NCBI GenBank assembly: GCA_963708525.1
Contig: CAVPTH010000009.1
Span: forward strand, 273,351 to 337,350
Length of the DNA: 64,000 nt
Source of the DNA: an uncultured Verrucomicrobiae bacterium
Lineage (GTDB): Bacteria > Verrucomicrobiota > Verrucomicrobiia > Limisphaerales > UBA11358
Reading direction: 5' to 3'
A program made the position numbers and the translations under genes. The notes under the pieces were generated by a model that was not told where the DNA came from, made no database searches, and was given only the letters and a program-made list of their open reading frames with translations. Below are positions 26,083 through 34,836 of the stretch, piece after piece (position 1 is the first letter of the stretch; each line of letters starts with the position of its first letter).

Positions 26083-29000
26083 TCCACTTCCACTTCGCCG
26101 CTTTGAACTCCGTCCGCCCGGGAAGTTGAAGGCGCGTGCAGCACGCGATACCCGTGCGTCCAGGGATCAATCCGGCAGGCGGCGCGATAATCGCAAAATC
26201 GACATGGCGTTTCACTGCCTTTGCGGTACGGATCCACTTTGGCCGTACCGGCAAAAATGGAACGGCCCATCCCGGTCAACTGCCTTTCCACCCGGTCCAG
26301 CAACGCCTCAAATTCCGCACGCGGCAAGGCCTCGACCGAACCCTTGCTCGTGGAGCCATCCTTGTTTCGACGATAATTGAATTGGTCGCCGGCCTTCGCG
26401 GCGGGCCGGCTGTCCAGCCTGGGCAATGCGTCCACACTGAAACGGCCTGTGTGACGGTAGGCCAGGCGCCGTGATTCCCCCGCATCGGCGAGCGCCTCGG
26501 CCCGCGTGGCACCGCTGTCATATTTACCACGCAGGTTCACATAAAAGAACCCAGCGGGAATCAACTCTTTCACCCCGGGCAGCACACGCAAACGGGTCCA
26601 ACGTCGCGCCGCCGCCAGATAGGCCGGCAATTGCAGCTGCACACCCTGCTCGAGCAGAATCCGATCAAGCTTACGATGACCGGACTTGTAATCCACCACC
26701 ACGCACCAGGCGCGGTTGGCGGTCTCCCGGAACAAATCAATCCGGTCAATTCGCCCGCGCAAGGCCAGTTGATGGCCGTCGCCGAGGGCCAGGTCCCAGG
26801 ACGGTGCTCCCCCGGCACTGAACCCGAATTCCAGCTCGGCCACCGCCGGGTCAAACTCATATTGTCCGTGCATCCACGTCACCAGCATTTCCACAAAATC
26901 CTGCAACCACCCGCCCAGCATACGCGCTGTGAACCGGCCCTGGTCATCCGCCCGCAATAAACCGTCGCGGTAGCCGGGCGCCAGTTCGGAAGCGATCTGG
27001 CCGACGAGTTTGCGTGCCGCCGCCGGCGTGAGATCGCGCCAGCGCCGGCCTTCGGCAGTCAATTGTTCGTGAAACCGCTTGAGGACTTCGTGCTGAAAAC
27101 TGCCGCGTTCGCGCGCGTCCAGCTCGAACACTTTGCGCTCCTCGGCTCGCAGACCGGAATGGACAAAAAAACGGAACGGGCACTGGGCAAATTCCTCCAA
27201 TCGGCTGACCGAACTTAGCAGCGTTGGGCCGTAAAGGGCTTCCACCAAAACCGGCGAAAGATTTTCAGCCGGATCCGGCTCGCGCAATTGGCGCAGACTC
27301 CCGGCGAGGGTTTTGACCGCCGGTAATTCAAGCAGTTCGGCCCAATTCTTGTCGCGCCCCTCGTCCCGGCCCTCTCCCCGCCCGGCAGGAAGAGGGTGGT
27401 CGGAGGTCGGGCAAAGCGAGTTAAATTCCACCAGGGGCGCAACCAATTCATGCACCTGCACCGCGTCGCGCCAATCTGCATCGGGGTGAAATTCCTCAAT
27501 TTTCAAGTCCGGCAACAACGCCTGCAAATGCGTGATGAGAGACGACGGGTTCAATGGCCGGCCACCGGTGTCGTAGCGCGAACAGGTCACAAAAAGTTTT
27601 TCGCTGGCACGGGTACAGGCGATGTAACCGAGGTAACGTTCGCGCGCGAGCTGGTCACGCAAATTCGGACCGAGCACAACTTTCTGTCGCTCCAATTCAT
27701 CCCGGTCGGCAGCAGTCAGAATCGGTGGAGCAGCGGGGGTTTCAGGAAAAACCCCCTCGTTGGCGCCCAGCACCAGGGCGAGTCGCAAATCCGGATTGCG
27801 CGCGCGGTCCACGGCCCCGATGAGCACCTGATCGAGTGCCGGCGGAACCACCCCGACGGTCAGGCCCGCCAGCCCTGCTTCCAGAATCGGCAGCCAATCG
27901 CGCAACGACAGCGACTCATCGGAAAAAGCGAGGGCGACGTTGTCCAACCAGACATTCATCTGGTCCCAGACGGTGGAGTGGATGGCTGCTTGCGGATTGC
28001 GGATAACGGATTGGTCCGATTCAACGTGACTCCAGCGTTCCAGGGTATCCTTGACCTGCAACGCACCCCAGAGGTCACGCAAAATTTCAGCCAGTTCCGG
28101 TCCGGTCGGTTGATTTTTCAGCCGGGCCAGTTGCACGGCCAGAGCTTCAAATGGCGGCAGGATTTTTTGGCGCAGCGGTTCGAGGGATTTGGCCAAACCC
28201 GGATCGGCAGCGATTTGAACCGGCTCCCGCCATTTCGCGCCGCGCCAGCCGAATTCGAGCGCGGCGTTTTCGAGCCGGTCAATCTCCGGCTGGCCCACGG
28301 CGGAAAACCCGGCCTTCAGCGCGGCAAACCAATCATCGTGCAGCCAGTTGAATGCAATCGTGCGCAGGGCACTGCGGGTGAGTTCGGCCAGCGGGTGGTG
28401 GGTTACCGATTCACGTCGATCCAGAAAGAAGGGGATCCCATAACGGCGGAAGGCGCGAGCGAGCGGTTTGTGATAATCATCCAGGTTCCGCACCAGCACC
28501 GCCGTGTCCCGAAAGCGCCCGCCGGCGCGGACGAAACGTAAAATCTCCCGCGCCGCGAACACGGCCTCGGCATCCGGATGCGCGCAAACCGCCAGGGAAA
28601 TGGCGGATTGCCGGTTGCCGGTTGCCGATTCTCCGAATTTTCCACCCGAAGTATGCGACCAATTGTGTTCGAGGTGCCCCAGTGTGGAATATCCTGCGAA
28701 GCGATTTTTCTTCCCGTCGCGCTTGAGACAGTCGACGCTGATTTTGCAATCCGGCAAAGATTCGAGGCGCTGGCGGCATTGCTCACAGGTTTTGGCGACG
28801 GCGGATGAAACGGAAAGCCAGGAATGTTTTGCGCCGGCTGCCGGTGCGGTTTCGAGGCAAAACGACAGGGTAGCGCTGTCACAAAGCGGCAAAACGGCGG
28901 CCATCAGGTCGAGCTCCTGCGGGGTCATTTCGGCAAAACCGTCGAGCCACAGGCCGCTGATTCGGAAGTCAGAAGCCTGAAGCCGGAAATCAGAGCGAAG

Positions 29001-29636
29001 AGTGACCGTGGCAAAGTTCAAAAGACCATCGGCGTCCTGCAATTCGCGCCGGTCGAGCCAATGCAAGTAGGCCTCCAGCAACAAGGCAAGGTCATGGAGC
29101 TTGTCTTGAAGTTCATGGCGCTCCGGAAAACGGGCGGTGAGCGAGCGCAATCGGGCCGGAGTGAATTGGTGCTGCTGTAATTCACTGAGCAACCGGCTGA
29201 GTTGCTGTGCAAACCCCGGCCGGCGAATGCTGGGCCGGAACAATTTCAGTTTGTCTTCATGCCGCATGACCAGGGCGCGCAGCACCATGACGCGGCCCTC
29301 GTCGTCCAACTGGGCGGGCGGTGTGACCCGTTGTTTTTCCAGGATAAATCGCGCCAGCCGGTCGAATGAAAAAATATGCAGCCGGGTATAGCCGCACAAC
29401 CCGTTGCCGGCCAGTAACTGACGTTCGAGCTGAAAGGTGGCCTGTTTCGGGGCCAGCAGCATCAGCGGCGGGCCGCTGATGCTGCTGGCCTCTTCCCGGA
29501 GTGCCGACCGGATTTCGGCCAGACAACGAAAGGTCTTGCCGCTGCCGGCGGGACCGAGAAGAAAACGCACTTGCACGCGGGATTGTTCGCGCAAAGCCGC
29601 GGTGGCGGAAAGCAATTTATTGCGTTCGGGCTGCAA
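26079..29636 (-). CDS. addB: AddB-like helicase-nuclease subunit (PD-(D/E)XK nuclease with Fe-S cysteines)
   Basis: 1185 aa. Walker A LLGPAGSGKTF near the N-terminus; C-terminal nuclease with FAQCPFRFF ... VVDYKSG ... CRFCDYRAACRI. Confidence 0.75.
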   Translation of the reverse strand: MQPERNKLLSATAALREQSRVQVRFLLGPAGSGKTFRCLAEIRSALREEASSISGPPLMLLAPKQATFQLERQLLAGNGLCGYTRLHIFSFDRLARFILEKQRVTPPAQLDDEGRVMVLRALVMRHEDKLKLFRPSIRRPGFAQQLSRLLSELQQHQFTPARLRSLTARFPERHELQDKLHDLALLLEAYLHWLDRRELQDADGLLNFATVTLRSDFRLQASDFRISGLWLDGFAEMTPQELDLMAAVLPLCDSATLSFCLETAPAAGAKHSWLSVSSAVAKTCEQCRQRLESLPDCKISVDCLKRDGKKNRFAGYSTLGHLEHNWSHTSGGKFGESATGNRQSAISLAVCAHPDAEAVFAAREILRFVRAGGRFRDTAVLVRNLDDYHKPLARAFRRYGIPFFLDRRESVTHHPLAELTRSALRTIAFNWLHDDWFAALKAGFSAVGQPEIDRLENAALEFGWRGAKWREPVQIAADPGLAKSLEPLRQKILPPFEALAVQLARLKNQPTGPELAEILRDLWGALQVKDTLERWSHVESDQSVIRNPQAAIHSTVWDQMNVWLDNVALAFSDESLSLRDWLPILEAGLAGLTVGVVPPALDQVLIGAVDRARNPDLRLALVLGANEGVFPETPAAPPILTAADRDELERQKVVLGPNLRDQLARERYLGYIACTRASEKLFVTCSRYDTGGRPLNPSSLITHLQALLPDLKIEEFHPDADWRDAVQVHELVAPLVEFNSLCPTSDHPLPAGRGEGRDEGRDKNWAELLELPAVKTLAGSLRQLREPDPAENLSPVLVEALYGPTLLSSVSRLEEFAQCPFRFFVHSGLRAEERKVFELDARERGSFQHEVLKRFHEQLTAEGRRWRDLTPAAARKLVGQIASELAPGYRDGLLRADDQGRFTARMLGGWLQDFVEMLVTWMHGQYEFDPAVAELEFGFSAGGAPSWDLALGDGHQLALRGRIDRIDLFRETANRAWCVVVDYKSGHRKLDRILLEQGVQLQLPAYLAAARRWTRLRVLPGVKELIPAGFFYVNLRGKYDSGATRAEALADAGESRRLAYRHTGRFSVDALPRLDSRPAAKAGDQFNYRRNKDGSTSKGSVEALPRAEFEALLDRVERQLTGMGRSIFAGTAKVDPYRKGSETPCRFCDYRAACRIDPWTHGYRVLHAPSTSRADGVQSGEVEVD
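27357..27410. repeat. degenerate copy of the CCCTCTCC...GAGGG hairpin element inside addB
   Basis: CCCCTCGTCCCGGCCCTCTCCCCGCCCGGCAGGAAGAGGGTGGTCGGAGGTCGGG resembles 3810-3869. It encodes HPLPAGRGEGRDEGR on the minus strand. Confidence 0.5.
28606..28633. repeat. heptamer array GRTTGCC x3 plus GATTCTC inside addB
   Basis: GATTGCC GGTTGCC GGTTGCC GATTCTC. It encodes ESATGNRQS on the minus strand. Confidence 0.55.
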
Positions 29637-29735
29637 ATTTTTGCGTCATATTTTGTATTTCCTTTCGAGTGAATTTGTTTATGCTTGCCGCCCGTTGGAA
29701 AAATTCGAATCCAAAGACGGAAAAAGCGAAATCAT

Positions 29736-30701
29736 ATGCCACTAACACATACCAGGGAACTTTTTGCGAAGGCGTTGAAGGGTAAATACGCGCTGGGCGC
29801 GTTTAACGTCAACAACATGGAATTGCTTCAGGCCATCATCGAGGCATGTGAGGAGGAAAAGGCGCCGGTCATGCTCCAGATTTCCAAGGGTGCCCGTCAA
29901 TATGCCAATCCGGTTTACCTTAAAAAACTGATTGAGGCGGCCGTCAGTCTGTCCACCATCCCTATCGCGGTCCACCTCGATCACGGTGACACCTTTGAAT
30001 TGTGCAAGGAATGCATTGATGAAGGATTTACCAGTGTGATGATCGATGCCAGCCACGAACCGTTTGAGAAAAACGTGGAAATTACCCGGAAAGTCGTGGA
30101 TTACGCCCACAAACACAACTGCGTGGTGGAATCCGAACTGGGCCACCTGGTCGGCGCCCAGTTCGACGAAGGCGAAGAAGGCGGCGCCCATTCCGTCAGC
30201 GGCCATTACACGATTCCGGAAGAGGCGGTGAAATTCGTCCAGGAATCCGGCTGTGACTCGTTGGCGGTGGCCATCGGCAATTCACACGGCGCCTACAAAT
30301 TCAAAGGTACGCAACATCTCGATCTGGAGCGGCTTAAACTCATCAAAAAGGCGTTGATGGACGCCGGCTTGGGCGATTATCCGCTGGTGTTGCACGGGGC
30401 ATCGTCCGTACCGAAGGAACTTGCCGAAGAAATCAATAAATACGGCGGCAAACTGGGCACCGACACCGCTGGCGTCCCGGAAGCCGATATCGAAGTGGCC
30501 CGGCGTACAGGCTGCACCAAGGTAAACATTGACACGGACTTGCGCCTGGCCATGACCGCTGCCATCCGCAAAGTCATGTCCGAAAATCCCAAAGAGTTTG
30601 ATCCACGCAAATATCTCGGCCCGGCCCGTAACAAGGTAAAAGATCTGGTTCGTCATAAAATCAAAGATGTTCTCTGCTGCGCCGGACATGCGTTTGATTA
30701 A
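29736..30701 (+). CDS. fba: class II fructose-bisphosphate aldolase
   Basis: Start moved to the ATG at 29736 (MPLTHTRELFAKALKGKYALGAFNVNNMEL). Motifs HLDHG, VMIDASH, GNSHGAYK. Confidence 0.9.
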   Translation: MPLTHTRELFAKALKGKYALGAFNVNNMELLQAIIEACEEEKAPVMLQISKGARQYANPVYLKKLIEAAVSLSTIPIAVHLDHGDTFELCKECIDEGFTSVMIDASHEPFEKNVEITRKVVDYAHKHNCVVESELGHLVGAQFDEGEEGGAHSVSGHYTIPEEAVKFVQESGCDSLAVAIGNSHGAYKFKGTQHLDLERLKLIKKALMDAGLGDYPLVLHGASSVPKELAEEINKYGGKLGTDTAGVPEADIEVARRTGCTKVNIDTDLRLAMTAAIRKVMSENPKEFDPRKYLGPARNKVKDLVRHKIKDVLCCAGHAFD

Positions 30702-30735
30702 GGATTAAACCTTCAATCAACCTCTTCAACGAACA

Positions 30736-30767
30736 GGCTTCCACCAGAAACGGTGGAAGCCATTTTT
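30736..30767 (+). terminator. intrinsic terminator after fba
   Basis: GGCTTCCACC-agaaac-GGTGGAAGCC (10-bp stem) followed by ATTTTT. Confidence 0.8.
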
Positions 30768-30800
30768 ATGATCCTCAATTACCCTGCAATACGTCGGAAT

Positions 30801-30813
30801 TGTCATTGTGACA
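30801..30813. promoter_or_regulatory. perfect palindrome TGTCA-TTG-TGACA about 125 nt upstream of the sigma54-like element
   Basis: Read directly. The position fits an upstream activator site, but no enhancer-binding protein gene lies in the window. Confidence 0.25.
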
Positions 30814-30933
30814 CATCAATACCATTTAAAATATTTAAAAGGGACATAATGACTCTATTTAGACACCGCTTCTGGTATCGTTATCGAGTTGCAATATACT
30901 TATTATAAATGTGTTATAAAATTATGTTTAAAC

Positions 30934-30949
30934 TGGCATCCTCAAAGCT
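30934..30949 (+). promoter_or_regulatory. sigma54-like -24/-12 element upstream of hsp20
   Basis: TGGCATCCTCAAAGCT has GG and GC in the spacing of the consensus TGGCAC-N5-TTGCW. It lies about 50 nt upstream of the hsp20 start, within an AT-rich leader. Confidence 0.3.
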
Positions 30950-30996
30950 TTAGTAATTTACATCGAAACAAACATTCTTAAATGAAAGGAAAAAAT

Positions 30997-31431
30997 ATGA
31001 GACTGGTACGATATCAAAATCCCGGACTGATCTGGCCCGGCTTCGGACGTTTGTCGTCCCTGCAGGACGAACTACAGCGCCTGTTTGAATTACCGTTGAC
31101 GGATTGGGCGCCTGCACTCGATGTGTACGAGGACAAGGATAACTTTGTTGTCCACACGGAGTTGGCCGGATTGAAACGGGAAGACATTAACGTGTCGCTG
31201 CAAGATGGCGTGCTCGTTATTTCCGGCGAGCGCAAGACCGAGGAGAAGCAAACGGAAGGCGAAATCCGACGGCAGGAACGCTTCTACGGAAAATTCCAGC
31301 GCACCTTGACCCTCCCCGCACCGGTTGCGGCAGACAAGGTCAAAGCACAATACAAGGACGGCATCCTGACGGTAACCGTTCCCAAAGCGGAAGAGGCCAA
31401 GCCGAGGAAAATTGACGTGAGCGTCAATTAA
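30997..31431 (+). CDS. Hsp20/alpha-crystallin small heat-shock protein
   Basis: Alpha-crystallin domain PALDVYEDKDNFVVHTELAGLKREDINVSLQDGVLVISGERK ... FYGKFQRTLTLP ... YKDGILTVTVPK. The ATG at 30997 has AAAGGA 8 nt upstream. The ORF-track start at 30982 is also possible. Confidence 0.9.
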   Translation: MRLVRYQNPGLIWPGFGRLSSLQDELQRLFELPLTDWAPALDVYEDKDNFVVHTELAGLKREDINVSLQDGVLVISGERKTEEKQTEGEIRRQERFYGKFQRTLTLPAPVAADKVKAQYKDGILTVTVPKAEEAKPRKIDVSVN

Positions 31432-31447
31432 CCGGGGCAGGTTCGAA

Positions 31448-31479
31448 CCCTGCGAACGCACCGGTTCGCAGGGTTTTTT
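31448..31479 (+). terminator. intrinsic terminator after hsp20
   Basis: CCCTGCGAAC-gcaccg-GTTCGCAGGG followed by TTTTTT. Confidence 0.85.
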
Positions 31480-31715
31480 CGACGACTCGGGGAGTAAACA
31501 CCTGCCTGCAAAAAGGAAAAAGGCGGGTGCGGCGATCACACACGAGTTTACACCGCCAACACCCGCCGAAGCGCCCAGTTCTCATTGGGAGCAGGGGAAA
31601 CCTAACTCATTGCTCGATTCTGACAAGTGGTTTTTAAAAAAAATTACCGGGTCCCGAGCCGGCATCCGGGCTGTAAACAGCTTTACATCCGGCCCGATAG
31701 TTCGAAAAATCAGAC

Positions 31716-34700
31716 ATGCCGAAGAAACGCCGGCTGCTTCCAGGCGCCGGGCTCCTGTTTTGCTTTTTTGCCTTCGCCCTGCCGCTGTGGGCGGACACGG
31801 TGGACCGGTCTGAGTCCCCTTTCATTGTGGATGGCTGGAGTACGAAACAGGGCCTTCCAGGAAGTGCCGTTATCTCCATGATTCAAACCCGGGACGGCTA
31901 TCTCTGGTTGGGCACCCAATATGGTCTGGTCCGGTTCGATGGGATTCATTTCACCGTTTTTGACGAGGGCAATACCCCTGGTTTGAATAACGACCAAATC
32001 GACTATTTGTTCCAGGACACCCACTCAAACCTTTGGATTGGCACGGACGCCGGCGGGGTGGCCCTGGAAACGGGAGGCCGGCTGGAAAATTTCGCTTTAG
32101 GACGCAGCGGTCGCGAGGGCCGGCTGGTGTCGGCCTGCGAGGATTCCACCGGAACCGTATGGTTTTATACGGCGGACGCCCACCTGGGGCGGTATCAAAA
32201 CGGGAAAATGGAGGTCTGGGATTTTCGTTTCAAAACGCCGGCGATCACCCGGATGTTGGCCGCGGAAAAATCCGGTGTGCTGTGGATTGGTGAGGACTGG
32301 GTGGACCAGGAACGGAACGTTTCGCTTCTATTTTCCTTTCGCCCCGCCAACGTCAGTCCGCCGGCGTTTGCCATTGAACAACAGATTCCGGTTCAGCGGC
32401 TGGATTACCTTCTGGCCAGCCAACGCGGTGGAACCTGGCGGTTCGTGGACGGCCAAGTCCAAAAATGGGGTTCCAACCAGCTCGAAAGAAATTACGGGGC
32501 ATATCCCTGGGGTAATTTGCGGATTTTAGCCGCGTGCGAGGATCCCGCGGGCAATTTGATCGTTGGTACGCGGGGAGCCGGAGTTTTCTGGTTTGAACCG
32601 GATGGAACCTATCGACAAATCTCCACCGCGCAGGGTTTGTCATCGCCTTATGTGCTTTCCTTGTGCCTGGACCGCGCCGGTAATCTCTGGGTGGGCACCG
32701 ACGGGGGTGGTTTGGATCGCGTCAAACGGAAAATTTTTAACACGCCGGACGGAGTGCATCCCTGGGACGCTCAGTCACTGGCCGGTGACGCGCAGGGTGG
32801 TCTTTGGGCCGCTTTCTTTACCCATGGCGTGACTTGCTGGCGGACCAATGTCGCGCAAGACTTTGGCGTGGGCCAGGGCTCCAACGCCTGGACGGTGCTG
32901 GTGGATCATCAACAGCGCGTTTGGGCGGGGACCTGGTACGAAGGGCTGTTTCAATTTGAAAACGATCGTTTCGTGCCGGCACCCGACACGGAAATCCTCC
33001 GTTCTCAGATTTCCGTTTTGTATGAAGATAAGGCCGGACAAGTGTGGGCCGGCACCCCCAACGGCCTGGGACTTTGGAACGGACTGATTTGGAAAACCTA
33101 TACGACCCGGGACGGTCTCTCCGGAAACGTGGTTTCCGCAATGGCCGAAGACGCTGCAGGGAATCTCTGGATCGGAACGAAAGACGGCGGATTAACCTGT
33201 TTTAGAGCTGACAAATTTGTCGCTTATCCGGCATCGGAAAACGGCCCGCCGGGCAACGATATTTCCTGTCTTTACGTCGACAAAGGGGGTGACTTGTGGG
33301 TCGGCACCTCGGGTTATGGGCTGGCTCGCTATCATCAGGGGCGATGGGCACACTATTCAAAGCGAGAGGGCCTGGTCAGCGACAGTATCAGTTATCTCAT
33401 CGAGGATGACACGGGGAATTTATGGATTGGTTCCAATCTGGGGTTGATCCGCATTCCACGAGAACTCCTGAACGCTTCGCTCCAGGGAACATTGGATTTT
33501 TCCGCCTGTCGGATTTATAGCGAAGCGGACGGTCTGCCGACGCGTGAATGTTCGAGCGGTTCGCAGCCGGCCGCGTGCCGCACGAGTGACGGCCGCCTGT
33601 GGTTTCCCACGACCCGGGGCCTGGCGTATGTGAATCCGGCCGGGCTAACCCCCAATCTGCAGCCGCCACCGGTCATGATCGAATCGGTGCTGGTAGACGG
33701 CCGGGAGCAAAAGACCAACCGCATCGATTCGATCTGGCCGCCCGCCATCGTGATTCCACCGGGTCGCGACCGGTTGGAAATCCATTACACCGGCCTGAAT
33801 CTTTCCGCACCAAACGAAGTGCGATTCCGGTACCTGCTCGCCGGACACGAAACGGCCTGGACGGAGGCTGGGGACACGCGCGTGGCGTTTTACAACAAAC
33901 TGCCGCCCGGAGATTATCAGTTCCAGATCGAAGCTTGCAATGAAGACGGTATTTGGAACAAAAAAAGCAGCGAGCTGGCCATCACCGTGCAACCGCAATT
34001 CTGGCAGACGGGCTGGTTTCGGCTGGTGGCCATCCTGGTGTTCCTGGGCCTGGTTGCTGCCGTGGTGCGCTATCTTTCCACGCAGAAATTACATCGCCAG
34101 TTGCAGGCGCTCCGACAGCGGGAGGCGCTGGAACAGGAACGTTCCCGCATCGCCCGCGACCTCCACGATCAACTGGGCGCCAATCTCACCCAGGTGGCGT
34201 TGTTGGGTGAAATGGCCGAAGCCGACCGGCATTCCCCGGAGGAGATCGCGTCCCACGCGCAGCAAATTTCCCAGACGGCGCGTGAGACCACGCACGCGCT
34301 CGATGAAATTGTCTGGGCGGTCAATCCTTCCAATGACACCCTGGACGGCCTGATCACGTATGCCTGCAAGTACGCGCAGGAATACCTGGGCATGGCCGGG
34401 TTGCATTACCGCGCCGAGGTGCCGCCGCAACTGCCGGTGGCCATCATTCCACCGGAGGTGCGCCATAATGTCTTTCTGGCATTTAAAGAAGCGGTCAACA
34501 ATGTCGTCAAACATGCCCAGGCCACCGAAGCCCGGATCCGATTACGATTGCAGCCTGACCGTTTTGTTCTGGAAATTGAAGACGACGGGCGCGGTGTTGG
34601 CAAACCGGATGCACCGGCAGCACGGACGCGGAACGGCCTGCGGAACATGCGCAAACGGATGGAAGATATTCATGGCGAGTTTTTCATGGCCGGCGGGGCC

Positions 34701-34748
34701 AAAGGCGGAACCATTGTCCGCCTGGTGGTGCCCATCACCATGAAATGA
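31716..34748 (+). CDS. sensor histidine kinase with periplasmic beta-propeller/Y_Y_Y sensor, HisKA_3 type
   Basis: 1010 aa. Repeated LWIGT/LWVGT propeller blades, one TM helix, then RSRIARDLHDQLGANL (H-box) and a HATPase region NVVKHAQAT ... DDGRG. Confidence 0.85.
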   Translation: MPKKRRLLPGAGLLFCFFAFALPLWADTVDRSESPFIVDGWSTKQGLPGSAVISMIQTRDGYLWLGTQYGLVRFDGIHFTVFDEGNTPGLNNDQIDYLFQDTHSNLWIGTDAGGVALETGGRLENFALGRSGREGRLVSACEDSTGTVWFYTADAHLGRYQNGKMEVWDFRFKTPAITRMLAAEKSGVLWIGEDWVDQERNVSLLFSFRPANVSPPAFAIEQQIPVQRLDYLLASQRGGTWRFVDGQVQKWGSNQLERNYGAYPWGNLRILAACEDPAGNLIVGTRGAGVFWFEPDGTYRQISTAQGLSSPYVLSLCLDRAGNLWVGTDGGGLDRVKRKIFNTPDGVHPWDAQSLAGDAQGGLWAAFFTHGVTCWRTNVAQDFGVGQGSNAWTVLVDHQQRVWAGTWYEGLFQFENDRFVPAPDTEILRSQISVLYEDKAGQVWAGTPNGLGLWNGLIWKTYTTRDGLSGNVVSAMAEDAAGNLWIGTKDGGLTCFRADKFVAYPASENGPPGNDISCLYVDKGGDLWVGTSGYGLARYHQGRWAHYSKREGLVSDSISYLIEDDTGNLWIGSNLGLIRIPRELLNASLQGTLDFSACRIYSEADGLPTRECSSGSQPAACRTSDGRLWFPTTRGLAYVNPAGLTPNLQPPPVMIESVLVDGREQKTNRIDSIWPPAIVIPPGRDRLEIHYTGLNLSAPNEVRFRYLLAGHETAWTEAGDTRVAFYNKLPPGDYQFQIEACNEDGIWNKKSSELAITVQPQFWQTGWFRLVAILVFLGLVAAVVRYLSTQKLHRQLQALRQREALEQERSRIARDLHDQLGANLTQVALLGEMAEADRHSPEEIASHAQQISQTARETTHALDEIVWAVNPSNDTLDGLITYACKYAQEYLGMAGLHYRAEVPPQLPVAIIPPEVRHNVFLAFKEAVNNVVKHAQATEARIRLRLQPDRFVLEIEDDGRGVGKPDAPAARTRNGLRNMRKRMEDIHGEFFMAGGAKGGTIVRLVVPITMK

Positions 34749-34833
34749 AGAAGGTAGAATGAAGAATGAAGAAAACATTTCGCGGTGGTTCAATCCTTGT
34801 TTCTTCATTCTGCATTCTTCATTCTGCATTTGA
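34742..34833. repeat. hairpin of inverted heptamer arrays AGAATGA x5 / CATTCTK x5 filling the kinase-regulator spacer
   Basis: Left arm: GAAATGA AGAAGGT AGAATGA AGAATGA AGAAAAC (34742-34776). 22-nt loop. Right arm: GTTTCTT CATTCTG CATTCTT CATTCTG CATTTGA (34799-34833). Confidence 0.85.
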
Positions 34834-34836
34834 GCG

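Noticed and set aside
24400-28541. Long antisense ORFs inside carB and addB (24400..25353 minus, 25405..26079 minus, 27396..28541 plus). Similar cases lie inside other genes: 2914..3909, 12228..13325, 36998..37702, 37757..38662, 41378..42583, 43490..44239, 50719..51363, 54706..55623, 59259..60026.
   Set aside because: Each lies entirely within a confidently identified gene on the other strand. Each has the Arg/Gly/Pro-rich composition typical of non-coding frames in GC-rich DNA.
30770-30980. The AT-rich segment considered as a genomic-island boundary or degraded mobile element
   Set aside because: It is only about 210 nt, has no flanking direct repeats and no mobility genes, and sits exactly where the hsp20 promoter and leader should be.
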